Shown in pieces: positions 52,246-64,000 of a stretch of 64,000 bases of DNA (the stretch's first letter is position 1; each line of letters opens with the position of its first letter). The DNA is from Eledone cirrhosa (lineage: Eukaryota), in contig OZ024741.1 of assembly GCA_964016885.1 (NCBI GenBank), positions 88,784,001-88,848,000 on the forward strand, given 5' to 3'. The translations under genes were made by a program, and so were the position numbers. The notes under the pieces are model-generated. The model was given only the letters and a program-made list of their open reading frames with translations. It did no database searches and was not told the origin of the DNA.

Positions 52246-53466
52246 TTGGGCTGTTCAGAAATTAATGCAGGTTTAATGTTTTTATTTGTTTCTACACATT
52301 TTAAAGATGAAAAACTCATGCAAGGTGTGTAAAATTATATATCATTTTAAAGCTTATTTTATGCTCTTTCTTTCTATATAATCCGTTTTTAATGTAAATT
52401 TCAATTTTCAGATCTTTGAAGCTAACATGTCAAAACAGGATTTTCACTAAATTTATTTTCATGAGTTTAAACTCAACTGCAGTGCAGCATAAATGGCCAG
52501 AAACATCAATGAAGTGTTAATGAATGCACAGTACAAGAGTGGTTTAAAACATTCCATCATGTTGAATTCACTCTTGAAGATAAGGAATGTTGCGGACATC
52601 CTTCTGCCATTGATGAAGATGAATTGAAGGCTGTGGTGGAAGCAAATCCCCACACACTATTTAAGAGCTTGTAGGAAAGCTAGATGTAATCATAGCAAAA
52701 TTGCTGAATATCTTAATCAAAGAATTTTTTTTTAAATGAGTGCCACATGGATTGAGCGAAAACCAGAAAAAAAATCAGTTATGAAGCCTGCTCTTTGCTT
52801 CTTTTGTGCAACAAAAAACAACCTATTTTTTTTTTTATTACATTATGATGTGCAATGAATAGTGCATCCTATACAACAACTGACAATCTTTGGCACAGTG
52901 GTTGGACCAAGGTGAAGCTCCTAAACACTTTCCAAAGCTAAATTTGCAGCAAAAGAAGATTATGGTGATTGTTTGGTGGTCTGCAACCGGATTAACCCAC
53001 TACATTTCTCTGAATACTAGCAAAACAATCACTGCAGAGAAGTATTGTCATGAAATCAGTGAGATGCATACAAAAATTGCAGTGTGTATCCAGTATTGGC
53101 CAATAGAAAAGGTCTAATCCTCTTGCACAGCAAGGCTCAACCACAGCTCCAGAAATTGAATGAATTGAGCTACAAAACTGCCTCATCAAGCATACTCCCA
53201 GATCTTTCACCAACTGAACACCACTTTCCCAAGCATTTTGACAACTTTTTGCAAGGATGTCTTTAACAACCAAAGAGTATCACAAAATGCCTTTAAAGGA
53301 GCCTCACCCCAAGAACTTCAAAATTCTTTGTTACCAGAATAAATATTTTTTGTTCATAAAAATGTGTAGATTCTAACGGTCATTATTTTGATCAATAAAG
53401 TTGGACTGAGATATGTCAGTTTAAAGTTAATGTTTAAAAACATGCATTAATTGCTGAACAACCTGA
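52246..53466 (+). mobile_element. Mariner transposon (Hsmar1/cecropia-like), near full length, decayed
   Basis: ~29-bp imperfect TIRs ttgggctgttcagaaattaatgcaggttt / aaacatgcattaattgctgaacaacctga with TA flanks; QWLDQGEAPKHFPK...KKIMVIVWWSA and PDLSPTEHHF...HFDNFL motifs. Confidence 0.92.
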
Positions 53467-54892
53467 TAGTTGTGATATAACAAATGTAAAGTGTAAATAA
53501 TGGGGGGGGGGGGATACATTAGGATTGCTATTAATGCTCAGGTTGGCCTTGAATGAGAATATCTCTGACCAATGGATTTCCATTGCATCTCTTTTTTTTT
53601 CATATACTATATTATCTTGCGTATCGTTCCAGTTTTAAGATAGTTGGGTGCCATTTGGTTGCTATTTATAGCCGGTCAAGCAACCACAGCAACTTTCTTG
53701 TTGATTCACAGAATTAAAGTTGGATTCAAAGGTGTTGATGAAGCAGCCAAGCCTCATATGTTATCCAAAACAGATATTTAATGGTATGGAGGTTGTAGGC
53801 AAAGAATCACAGTTTGTTGGTGTTGAGGACTAATCCTGGTCAGTCCTGCTCATAAACATATTATGGATACAAAGCACTTCATTATAATATACTTTCACTC
53901 CTTTTTATCTATATATATGTAGAGTTTACTACTCTAAAATTCCTCTTCAATCAAATAGTCAAATTTATTGAATATTACTGCACACAACATTCAAAATAAG
54001 GTTGTTCAACTAAATGACAACTCATTCACCAACAGACAACATGCCTCTTCTACCATTACTGCAACATCATCTGCTCTTCTGAACTAGCTAAGTTGCATAT
54101 CTACTCAACTCAATCCACCCATTGCACCCTACTGTTTCACAACAACACCTTGACTTTTTATTAAACAGTTTGCCCAGTTCAGCCAATGATGTTTGTTTAT
54201 GCCCTGCAGCTTAACAGTCCAACAATTAAATACCAACAGAATAAAGTACATTGGTTCTAAGGGCTGGCATTAGGAAAGACATCCAGCCATAGAATACTGA
54301 CTGCCTCAAGAATGTTTATCCAATCCTTTCCAGAATAGAAAAGTTAATGTAAAAAGAATGATGATGACGGTGAAGGTTGAATCACTACAGATTCAAGTGA
54401 CCATACTTAGAATAAAGTGTGGGCTAGTGTCAGGAAACACATCTATCTGGCTGTAGAAACCCTACCAGAAAAAGAGCTTGTTGACCAATGCAAGCATGGA
54501 AAAACATAAAAACAATGAGACCATTTATGCCAACGTTTACTTACATTACAACCAAAACTTGTAAAATGACCACTGTACCCCACCATCTGACCACTGCTCA
54601 TGTTCAGTGAATGATAAGAGTCAACTGCCACAACCAATGTGTTGCAAATAAAGTTAAATCAAAACACAGGGTAACAAGCCAATCATATTTTTATTTTATT
54701 TTATGTGTTTTAATTCGAAGGTTGTGTGAACAATAGCATTATTCATTAGTTATTTGTGTTGAAATAGTGTTCCAAGAGGCCAGTAGTTAAAATTGCACAG
54801 CGTTTAATACACTTAACTAAGCTAAACCATTCTTTTAAGAGTTTTTAGTCTACTTTGACATTTTATTATGATTTTAAAGCATCAATATGTGT

Positions 54893-55010
54893 GATCGCTG
54901 AAGCTCACGGAGGAGATGACGAAGACCATGACAAGTGGAGAGATGCTGTGCTGAATAGGACCTGTCCCACCCTTTCAAGCAGAGAAAAGCGGACGTAAAA
55001 TGATGATGAA
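54893..55010 (+). mobile_element. Very short 3' fragment of LINE family B
   Basis: Matches 33415-33530. Confidence 0.85.
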
Positions 55011-55720
55011 CATGGATGATATATATATATGACCAAAAAACCTCCCCATCTCTTACCCTATCCAATTAGTCAACTCACAGTATCCCTAACTATAAGCATC
55101 TCAAAGTTATGTACAAATACACACCTTCTGCTTGTGATAGTAATGAACAAAGTAATAAATGTTTTTCAGTAATAAATGAAGCACATGCAAAAATATAAAT
55201 AAATAAAATATATACTTTTCAATATTTAAATGAATTATTAAAACAAAACAAAACAAAACAGTCCCCGAAGTTAATATTCCCATTTTTTTTGGCAGCAAAT
55301 AATAACATCTATTCAAATCAAGACTGGTTACTGTCATTGAAACATGTTGCTTATCATAACACTGACCCATCACCCCATTCAGTACTAGTAATAATCACAG
55401 CACCCCATCACCATCGCAATTATGGAATACATTCACAAGCAACAATTGATATTTTGACAGTAATCTGGAGAGTAAATGCCACAAAACGGAGAAATAAGCA
55501 AAAAAATAGTTCAACATTTGATGTGACTTCCTTCCACCCCAACATAATTTCCAAAAGCCAGGTGGCCTTATTGTGATTCAGGTTACATATAAGACGAAAA
55601 CAAGAATTTGAAGGGATTTAGAAATACAAGTAACTTTCTCATTATTAAGCTGGCATTTGAAACATAACTTAGCAAAGATTCTTACATAAAATTATGATGG
55701 AAAGTTTTTAGACATACTTA

Positions 55721-58700
55721 GCGGAGATGCTGGAGAGAAGGCAGGTGGATGTGTGCTGCGTGCAAGAGGTGAGATGGAGAGGTGCCTCTGCGAGACTAGT
55801 CGTAGGCAAGCGTCTTAGCTATAAGCTATTCTGGGTAGGTAAGGATGATGGGTTAGGGGGAGTAGGCATTTTCCTGGCTGAGAAATGGATCAATAAGACA
55901 ATAGAGGTAGTTCGAGTTAGTAATCGAATAATTAAGCTTAGATTAGTTGTAGGTAGGAGACTACTGACAATCATCTCGGTCTATGCTCCCCAAGCAGGCC
56001 TAGGCAAAGATGAGAAAAACTGCTTTTATGAGCAACTTTTGCAAACAACCACAATGACAGAGGACGGAGACATCGTTATGCTAGCAGGAGACTTCAATGG
56101 TCATGTTGGACAGCTCCAGGATGATTACACTGGGGTACATGGTGGGCACGGTTACGGTTCAAGAAATGAAGAAGGAGTGAGACTTCTTGAATTTTGTGAT
56201 GCGAGTACATTGATTATTTGCAACACAAACTTCCAGAAACCTGCCAATCACCTAATAACCTACAAATCTGGTGAGCACATAAGCCAGATTGACTTCCTGC
56301 TAGTTAGGCAGCGGGACAGGCAGATAGTGTCTAATACCAAGGCATACCCTGGGGAAGAATGTACCCCACAGCATAGGTTAGTTGTTAGTGATATCTAGGT
56401 AAGCAAGAGATGGAATGAGACATATAGGAAGGTGTGGAGAAGAAAGGTCTGGAAGCTAAAAGACCTTTCACTAAAATACAAATTTAGGAAAGCCCTTCAA
56501 GATGTATATGACGAAAAAGAAGACGATTTAGAGACGTATGACATAGATAATAACTGGAAGTTCTTACGTGACAACTTGCTGCAGGCTACTGATGAAACCT
56601 GTGGCTGGAGCAGAGCTCCAACCAGACAGAGAGTGACCTGGTGGTGGAACAGCACAGTAGATAAGGCTATTAGAGACAAAAGACTAGCATGGAAGGCTTG
56701 GAAAAAGGGTGGGAGTAGGGAAGAATATACAGCCACTAAGAGAGAAGCTAGACGTCAGGTGTACTTAGCACGCAGGGAGTAGGAGGTTTGCCAATGTTCT
56801 GCGACGGGAAGATCAGAGGCGTGCGGTGTTCCACATTGCAAGGCAGTGTGTCAATGCAAATCAGGATGTTGTTGGAGATAAATGAGTCCGGGATGATGCC
56901 GGTGTACTTAGTGTCACGAATGATCAGAAAAAGGAGGCCTGGAAATGTCATTATGAGAGACTGATGAATGTGGAGAACGAATGGGAGAGAGAGAAATTAC
57001 CCTTGGTAGATCCGACAGAGGGACCAGCTATTGAGATTGACGAATATAGGGTCCAAGAGGCGATTAGGGAAATGAAAAATGGTAAGGCTGCCGGACCATC
57101 GGGAATAGTTGCTGAGATGCTGAAGGCATCAGGGGACGTAGGCACTAAACTGGTTGCACGCATCATCAATCAGGCTATATATGGTGGTGTCATACCCAAA
57201 GACTGGTGCAGCAGTATTCTCATAAATTGCTACAAAGGTAAAGGGGATGCTTTGGAGAGGAGCAATTATAGGGGTATAAAACTGATAGATCAGGTTATGA
57301 AAGTGGCAGAAAGGATTTTAGCACAACTAATTAGAGAAAGGGTCAAACTAGATGAGATGCAGTTTGGTTTTGTGCCTGGGAAGAGTACAACAGATGCTCT
57401 CTTCTTGGTGAGACAAATGCAAGAGAGGTTCTTAGAGAAAAATAAGGCACTATACTTAGCCTTTGTTGACCTAGAGAAGGCCTTTGATAGGGTACCCCGA
57501 TCTGTCATCTGGTGGTCCCTAAGGAAGCTAGGTGTTGAGGAATGGCTTGTGAGGACAGTGCAAACTTTGTACAGAAGTACTCTCAGTAAAGTCAGGGTAG
57601 GAATGGAGTTTAGTGAGGAATTCCAGATACAAGTAGGAGTACATCAGGGTTCGGTCCTCAGCCCGCTCTTGTTCATTATAGTCCTCCAAGCCATAACAGA
57701 GGAGTTTAAGACTGGCTGTCCATGGGAACTTCTCTATGCTGACGATCTGGTTCTTATAGCAGAATCAGTAGAGGAGCTAGAGAATAAATTCTGGCTATGG
57801 AAACAGCAGTTGGAAGCAAGAGGAATGAGAGTGAATCTAGCTAAGACAAAAGTGTTGATGAGTAGAAAAGAGGCAAAACCCAGATTCTGTCAGGGAAATG
57901 GCCATGTTCGATATGCAGAAAAGGAACTGGCATAAATTCTATAAAATGCACACAATGCAGATCCTGTGTACACAAGAGATGTAGCGGGATAGCAGGCAAA
58001 CTAACAGGTAGGGAGAAATATGTATGCAGTAGATGTACAGGGAAATTAGACAGTAGAAGTCGCACTTATAGAAAAATTTTTCAAATGCAAGAGGGCGCTA
58101 TAGAAGTGGTGGATAGCTTCCGATACCTAGGAGATCAGATTAGCATGGGAGGAGGGTGTTCCGAGGCCATAGTATCTAGAATAAGGACGGGTTGGAAGAA
58201 GTTTAGGGAGCTGCTTCCTCTGTTGACGAAGAAGGGTTTCTCCTTGCGTACGAAAGGCCGGTTGTATGATGCCTGTGTGAGGAGCGTGATGCTGCATGGT
58301 AGTGAGACATGGGCAGCAACTGCAGAGGATATGCGACGGCTGGAGAGAAATGAGGCAAGCATGCTCCGTTGGATGTGCAGTGTAAATGTGCGTGAACGAC
58401 CCAGCATAAATGTGTTGAGAGAGAAACTGTGTCTGAGAGGGATAGAATGTAGTGTACGGGAGAGGAGACTGAGGTGGTATGGACATGTGATGCGCATGGA
58501 GGATGACCGATGGGTGAAGAAGTGCCAGGAAATGCCAGTTGAAGGAAGACGTGGTAGAGGTAGACCACGAAAAACATGGGCGGAGGTGGTGAGAACAGAC
58601 CTCAGATCATTGAAGCTCACGGTGGAGATGACGAGGGACCGTGACGAGTGGAGAGATGCTGTGCTGAATAAGACCCGTCCCACCCTTGCAAGCAGGGAAA

Positions 58701-58727
58701 AGCGAACGTAAAATGATGATGATGATT
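55721..58727 (+). mobile_element. RTE-clade LINE, family B second copy (D), inserted in a TTAA-type MITE
   Basis: Near-identical to 30526-33540; the flanks are the two halves of a repeat also seen at ~4476-4640 and 59160-59402. Confidence 0.96.
55727..58711 (+). pseudogene. EN-RT-PHD ORF of LINE D with two stops (56396, 56883), an 8-bp deletion (~56779) and a 1-bp deletion (~57875)
   Basis: ORF pieces 55727..56398, 56432..56782, 56964..57935, 58085..58711; lesions differ from those in copy B. Confidence 0.92.
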
Positions 58728-59159
58728 ATCATAAAAACAGGAGCAATTTCATGTGATTTGGTATCAAAAGGGTTAAGAGGATAACCCAACCACAGGAGAG
58801 GACACATTACTGATTAACTCCAGGTAAGCCCTGGTTAAGTATTTCATTGATCTAAGACATTCCAGTCATGACGTAACAAATATATTTGTCTAGGACAGCT
58901 GGTAATCATGGAATAGCCATATAGAAAAAGTAAAAAGACAAATCCAAGCTAGATGTTATACTTTTGGTAAATTAAATGAAATCATGCTAAGTAGTGCGGT
59001 TAGCCCAGCTTATTATGCCAGCAATAACTTATGGCGCAGAAGTTTAGAACACTACAAAGAAATCTGGAAAGATGAATGTTAAGGATCACTAAAAAGAACA
59101 GAAAAAATTGTCAAGCCTTAGGAGAGCAAAAACAAAAGTATAGAACATCATAAAATATA

Positions 59160-59402
59160 TTAACCCATTTGTTGTATTTACAATAAAAGACTGACTATAA
59201 TTTTCAAATAATTTTGAAAATAATCAGGAATTTAAAGGAAATTAGTAATATAACTAACTTTCTCATTATTAATCTGGTGTTTGTTCTGCATCTTATACTA
59301 TTAAGAGGATCACTCTTATATAAATATAAACAATTTAAAATAAACAGTGTTCTATCATAGAACCAGCAGCAGTTTCAAGTGGTTTGGTATCAAAAGGATT
59401 AA
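59160..59402. mobile_element. Second TTAA-bounded MITE family copy
   Basis: ttaacccattt...atcaaaaggattaa; paralogues at ~3933-4190, ~62183-62400 and the flanks of LINE D. Confidence 0.6.
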
Positions 59403-60148
59403 AGAGAGAAAGTAGAGCATATGGCATGAACAAATGAGAATGGATAAAGCTATGTACAGAATGAAGACAGGAGGGGGGGTGGCAGATAATACCGATCAGT
59501 TTAAGAGCATTGCATGGATGTGAGTGGCACAAGATAGGAAAAAGTAATGCAACAATAATTCACTTGTAGCTGGGACATGGTGACAAATCTTTAAACCACT
59601 GATGCTCTGCAGTGTCTGCAGTTGACACCCATGATTGTCTTCATTTAGCTGTAAATATGTACCATAACAAATAGGTATGACTCACTACTGCAAGCAATGG
59701 AATCATTGTGAATTAGATGACCAGCCAAAGATTCAATGGTTCATCAGAATTCCTTTAAGAGAAGTGGCCTTCAGGCATATAGCAGTAGCATGCTACAACT
59801 CTTGCAGATGATTCTGCTTTTTTTTTCATCTGATTTTATAGTTAATGTACATTGTAGTAGCCTTTGCTAAAAGCAAAGCATGCACATATTTCTATTATCA
59901 CCACAGCAAAGTTGATTAGATATTTGATGCAGTTTTTAAAAAGTAAACAAATAAAATATCATTGGAGAAAAGAAATTACTATTAGGCAGGAGAGAGAGAG
60001 GAGTGTGTTGTTGGTTTCTCTACAGTTAGAATTAACAACTTGTAGTAAATCCATCAAGCCATTCATAACAGCCACACAATAACAATTTGTTTGGTTCAAT
60101 TCAGTGAAATATCAAAAGGCTGAGCACTATCATATGTAGGGGATATAA

Positions 60149-60984
60149 TTTTTTTTTTTTTTTTTTTTAAACACTTTAGTCTTTATTGTGTTGTATCAGA
60201 TGAAAAAAATGGTATTTAACTAATGAATTGGTACGCGATGGGGCCCACCCACAGCCCCGGTGGACAGAATGGCGAAGGCGTTTCCCCGGAGGACAGCAAC
60301 GGAGATGCGCTGGAAAAGCCACTCCAACTCGCGGTGCTCACACCTGCAGCTGGCCAGCTCAGCGCCTATGGTGGTGAGTAAGGAGGTAGCCCTGGGGCCG
60401 AGGGCACCAGAAGTCTCTACTGTCAGGGGAACGACCGGTATTTGAGGAGTTTGGCCCCCTCAGCCCGACGTGCAGCAGAACCTGGGTCAGTCGCAGACTG
60501 CACCAGGTTGCGACTGCAGAAAGTGTCGGTGCAAGTGGCATCCCAGACGAGGAGTTTGCCACCGCGGAACGGGAAGATGGTCATGCCATCTGGCCTTTTT
60601 CCGTCCCCTCGATCCAGCCCCAACGGCTCGAGCTGGGAAGGGAAGCCTGCAGCGTCCAAGCCATGCTTAATGACTTCGTTGAGGGCAGCATGGCGTGGAA
60701 TGCAGCCGGCACTGTGGTGACAGGAAAGCGGGTGGAGGCCGAAAGAGTCCATGGTGGAACCGCAGCAACATTGGTGTGGCTGGCAGATCCGGAGGCCGAG
60801 CCTCAGGGAAACGCCGATTCGCAGGCTATAGTTGTCTAGCTGCGTGCCTGTAGAGAAGGAGGGCAGGGCATGGAGCCAGGCACCACTGTGGGGTTTGAAG
60901 GCCGCACAAAAACAAGCAAGGCGGTGCTGGTCGAGCTGGCGCGTGAGCCTGTCTGAGGCCAGGCTGCACTGGATGGCATCCCGT
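60149..60984 (-). mobile_element. CRE-like (restriction-like endonuclease) non-LTR retrotransposon 3' fragment, GC-rich
   Basis: Poly(A) tail (T run 60149-60168), AATAAA at 60182-60187 (-); GAWLHALPS...LRLG..C.CG...H.LSC zinc knuckle, RH..LN, KRPDG, WDATC, VETSG, QRISVAVLRGNA; possible TSD tataa. Confidence 0.88.
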
Positions 60985-61089
60985 TATAAACTATTTTTAG
61001 AGCAGACAAAATTAAAGAAGCTAAATTTACATTCAGAATGAATAATTGATAGAAAACTATGTACATAAAATATATTTGTCCATTTTTTA

Positions 61090-63835
61090 TTAATTGAAAA
61101 ATGTATACATAAATGAATTTCTCATTCTCAAAATACCATAACTGATTTAACATCTGGTGGCAGTGGTTATTATTTAACCCTGATTCAGAAGACCTTTGAA
61201 CAAAAACATTCTAGTTTTCATCATCCCTAGGACCACATTTAACCCTTTTTGACCATATTTCTCTTAAAATACACTATATTACAATTAATTATTGAAGAAT
61301 TTATAACATAACTTAAAGAAAGTTTGTATATCAAATTATGCTGGAAGGTTTTAATTTAATTAGGAACATTTTAAAATGGGTGACTTTGTTTTGTAGAACC
61401 AGCTTATAAATGGGGTTTGGATTTTTGCCCATTTCTCAAACAAAATAAGGGGTTGGCTTAAATTTGAGTATATACAGTAGTTGTCTCTCCTACATACATT
61501 AATGTCAATAAAATATATTTGTCTCTCCTACAAACATTAATTTAATGCCCGTTATTCCTAACGTTTTCTTGTCACACTTGAAATGAACAGTTAATATTGT
61601 ACATCAATGGACCAGTCAACCCTTCCTCTGTATTTATTCCCATTATAACATTTCATACAGACACCTTATATATAGACTAGTTTGAGGAAGAGAAACTATC
61701 ACAGAGCAGGCAGGTCCTTAACCTTTTAGCATTTACATTACTCTATATATACTATTGTATTTTCATGGTAAACACTTTATCCCACATAATTATTTCACAT
61801 AATATGGAATGTATGGGATTTTGATATTATTTATTTTAAGAACAATACCTTAACATCAGTATGAGGAGCTGGTTATGGCCGGTTTGAACAGAAAGAGGCG
61901 AGAGAATTCTAGCTGGGTACAGCCAGTTTAAATGCCTGTTACCTTTCTCAATTTTATCATGAGCTGGTTTTACTACTACTTCTTACAATGAGTCATCTAG
62001 GCCCACCTGCTACAACTTCCAATTCATTGATGTTCATATTGTGAGCTGCCATAGTGTAGTTGGTGCATCATAACATCTTGTTGTTCCTTGCCAGAAGTCC
62101 TAATGCACCTTCTGTGTATTCATTGCTGAGCTTTAATATGCTTCATCCCCCACAACAAACAATGTCTCCTCCTTGATACTATTTAACCCCTTTGATACCA
62201 AACAACATGAAACAGCTTGTTCAATGATGCTAAACTGTTTATTTTAATGGGTTTATATTTATCTAAAATCTTCCATCATAATTTTACGTAAAAGATTTTA
62301 ACTTATGTTCCAAACACTGGTTTAAGAACAAGTTAGTTATATTACTAAATCTTTCCTAAGTCTTGGTTATTTCCAAATTATTTGAAAATAATAAATAAGT
62401 AGTCTTAAATGTACTATAACAGAGAATTGTGGATAGTTGTGGTCAAAATGCTTTTGATTTGCTCAAGATTGACATGAGGCTAAACAATAACATGAAACCA
62501 AACCAATTTTATCATGTACTAGTTTCTCTACAAGTCTTTCTTCAACCTTGATCTTCAAACTGTATTTTAACACCATATCTTCTTTACTTTTGAATAATTA
62601 ATGATGCTGTTATGACAAGTATTGATCCTAACACCTACACATAAATAAATTAGCACTCTATAACTTTCTCTAATCTCAAATGTCACCCCCTTAACCACCA
62701 TCTCAGATGGTCACTTTGTTGGTTGCATTGAAATAAAACAGATAAAGGTATAGAGCCCTTAACTCCTGGTGAAGTCATAGTGGCACTGTCCTGACACATC
62801 TTGGACAATTAAAACCTGGAAGAGAAAGAGTGATAAAAAAGATAATCGACCCCAGTACTAGACTGGTATTTATTTATTGAGCTCAATTGAAAGGCAAAGT
62901 TGACCTTGAGGGCAGTGATAGTTTTGCCTTTATTCATACTTTTTGTACAATAGCTAACCCTTGTAGTGACTTCCACCCCACTCCTTTTCTTCATTGACAG
63001 AACCAACATTTATTTCTATTACAGCCATCATACAGTCATCCATTATTTCTTTGAGACTCTGTTACACCATTCACAACCATTATCAATGTGTTGCATGCTG
63101 TAAAGTACCCCCAACTGCATGTAATGCAGAGGTGTGTTGCTTAGTGGTTAGGGTGTTTGGCTCACCACCAGAAGCTCTTGTGGCCAATTCCAAGTGGCTC
63201 TTTATATCCTTGAGCAAAACACATTATTACACATTGCTCCAGTCCACTCAGTTGGTAAAAATGAGTTGTACTTATTATTCAAAGGGTCAGCCATATTACA
63301 CAGTGTCACACAGAATCTCGCTGAGAAATACCTTAAGGATACACGTATCTGGAATGCTCAGCCACTTGCACACTAATTTCAATAGCAGGTTGTTCTGTTG
63401 TTCCAATAACTGGAGCACTTGTCGTTGGAACTAGCAGAGGTCCTACACAGAAAATGTATTGCTTCTTGGTCTATATATATTCAATTTGCTGCAAACCTTA
63501 ATCCTTTTGATGCTAACTCGCTCAAAAACAGCCTCAGGTTCCACAAAACAAAGTCACCCAGTTTAAAATGTTCCTATTTAAATTAAAACCTTCCAGTATT
63601 ATTTGACATAAGAACATTTTAAAAAAAGTTATATTACAAATACCATCATAATTAATTAAAATACAGTGTATTTCAGGAGAAATAATGTGGTCCTAGGTAT
63701 ATGTGCAGAGATGATGACAACTGGAATGTTTTTGTTCAAAGGTGTTCTGAATCAGGGTTAATTAATAATAACCACCACCAGATGTTAAATCAGTTATGGT
63801 ATTTTGAGAAAGAGAAATACATTTATGTATATGTT
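61090..63835. repeat. ~300-bp inverted duplication (61090-61402 vs 63538-63835), ~2.1-kb spacer
   Basis: 'aaaataccataactgatttaacatctggtgg...gaacaaaaacatt...cctaggaccacatt...gggtgactttgttttgt' is the reverse complement of 63538-63835 with scattered differences and indels. Confidence 0.85.
63128..63430 (+). mobile_element. Old tRNA-derived SINE (third body type)
   Basis: 'gcttagtggttagggtg' head, 'tccttgagcaaaacac' core, body shared with ~11200-11350 and ~50120-50260. Confidence 0.7.
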
Positions 63836-64000
63836 TTTTCTAGTTCTATGAAACAAAACCATTAAACTATATTAAAACCTAACATAATTTGATTTAAGAA
63901 CTTTTTGCTAAGTTACAAATACCTTTTAATTAAAGAAATAAACATTTTAGTAAATCCTTTCAATACAGTGCATTTCATTAAAAATACAGTAGCGAAAGGG

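Overview
AT-rich eukaryotic genomic DNA made almost entirely of transposable elements and (TA)n/(TACA)n microsatellites. The repeat repertoire suggests an animal, most likely a coleoid cephalopod such as Octopus (inference). No intact host protein-coding gene is visible, only weak candidate minus-strand exons. Contents: four long RTE-clade LINE copies from three families (A 19.0-22.7 kb +; B 30.5-33.5 kb + with its near-identical twin D 55.7-58.7 kb +; C 35.1-39.0 kb -), all with APE endonuclease, RT and a C4HC3 PHD finger inserted in the RT C-terminal region. Also present are several tRNA-derived SINE families, a Penelope-like element with an inverted RT segment and a hammerhead motif, three further decayed hammerhead motifs, a DD37D (maT) element, a mariner, three hAT MITEs, TTAA MITEs and a GC-rich CRE-like 3' fragment. 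Most notable: (1) a SINE subfamily that switched to a different LINE's 3' tail at a 5-bp CCCGT microhomology; (2) two LINE insertions with different flanks truncated at the same 5' nucleotide; (3) three local inverted (foldback) duplications, one built from head-to-head RTE tails plus inverted flank; (4) the PHD finger inside the RT. I found no convincing wholly new multi-gene system; the findings concern retroelement biology.
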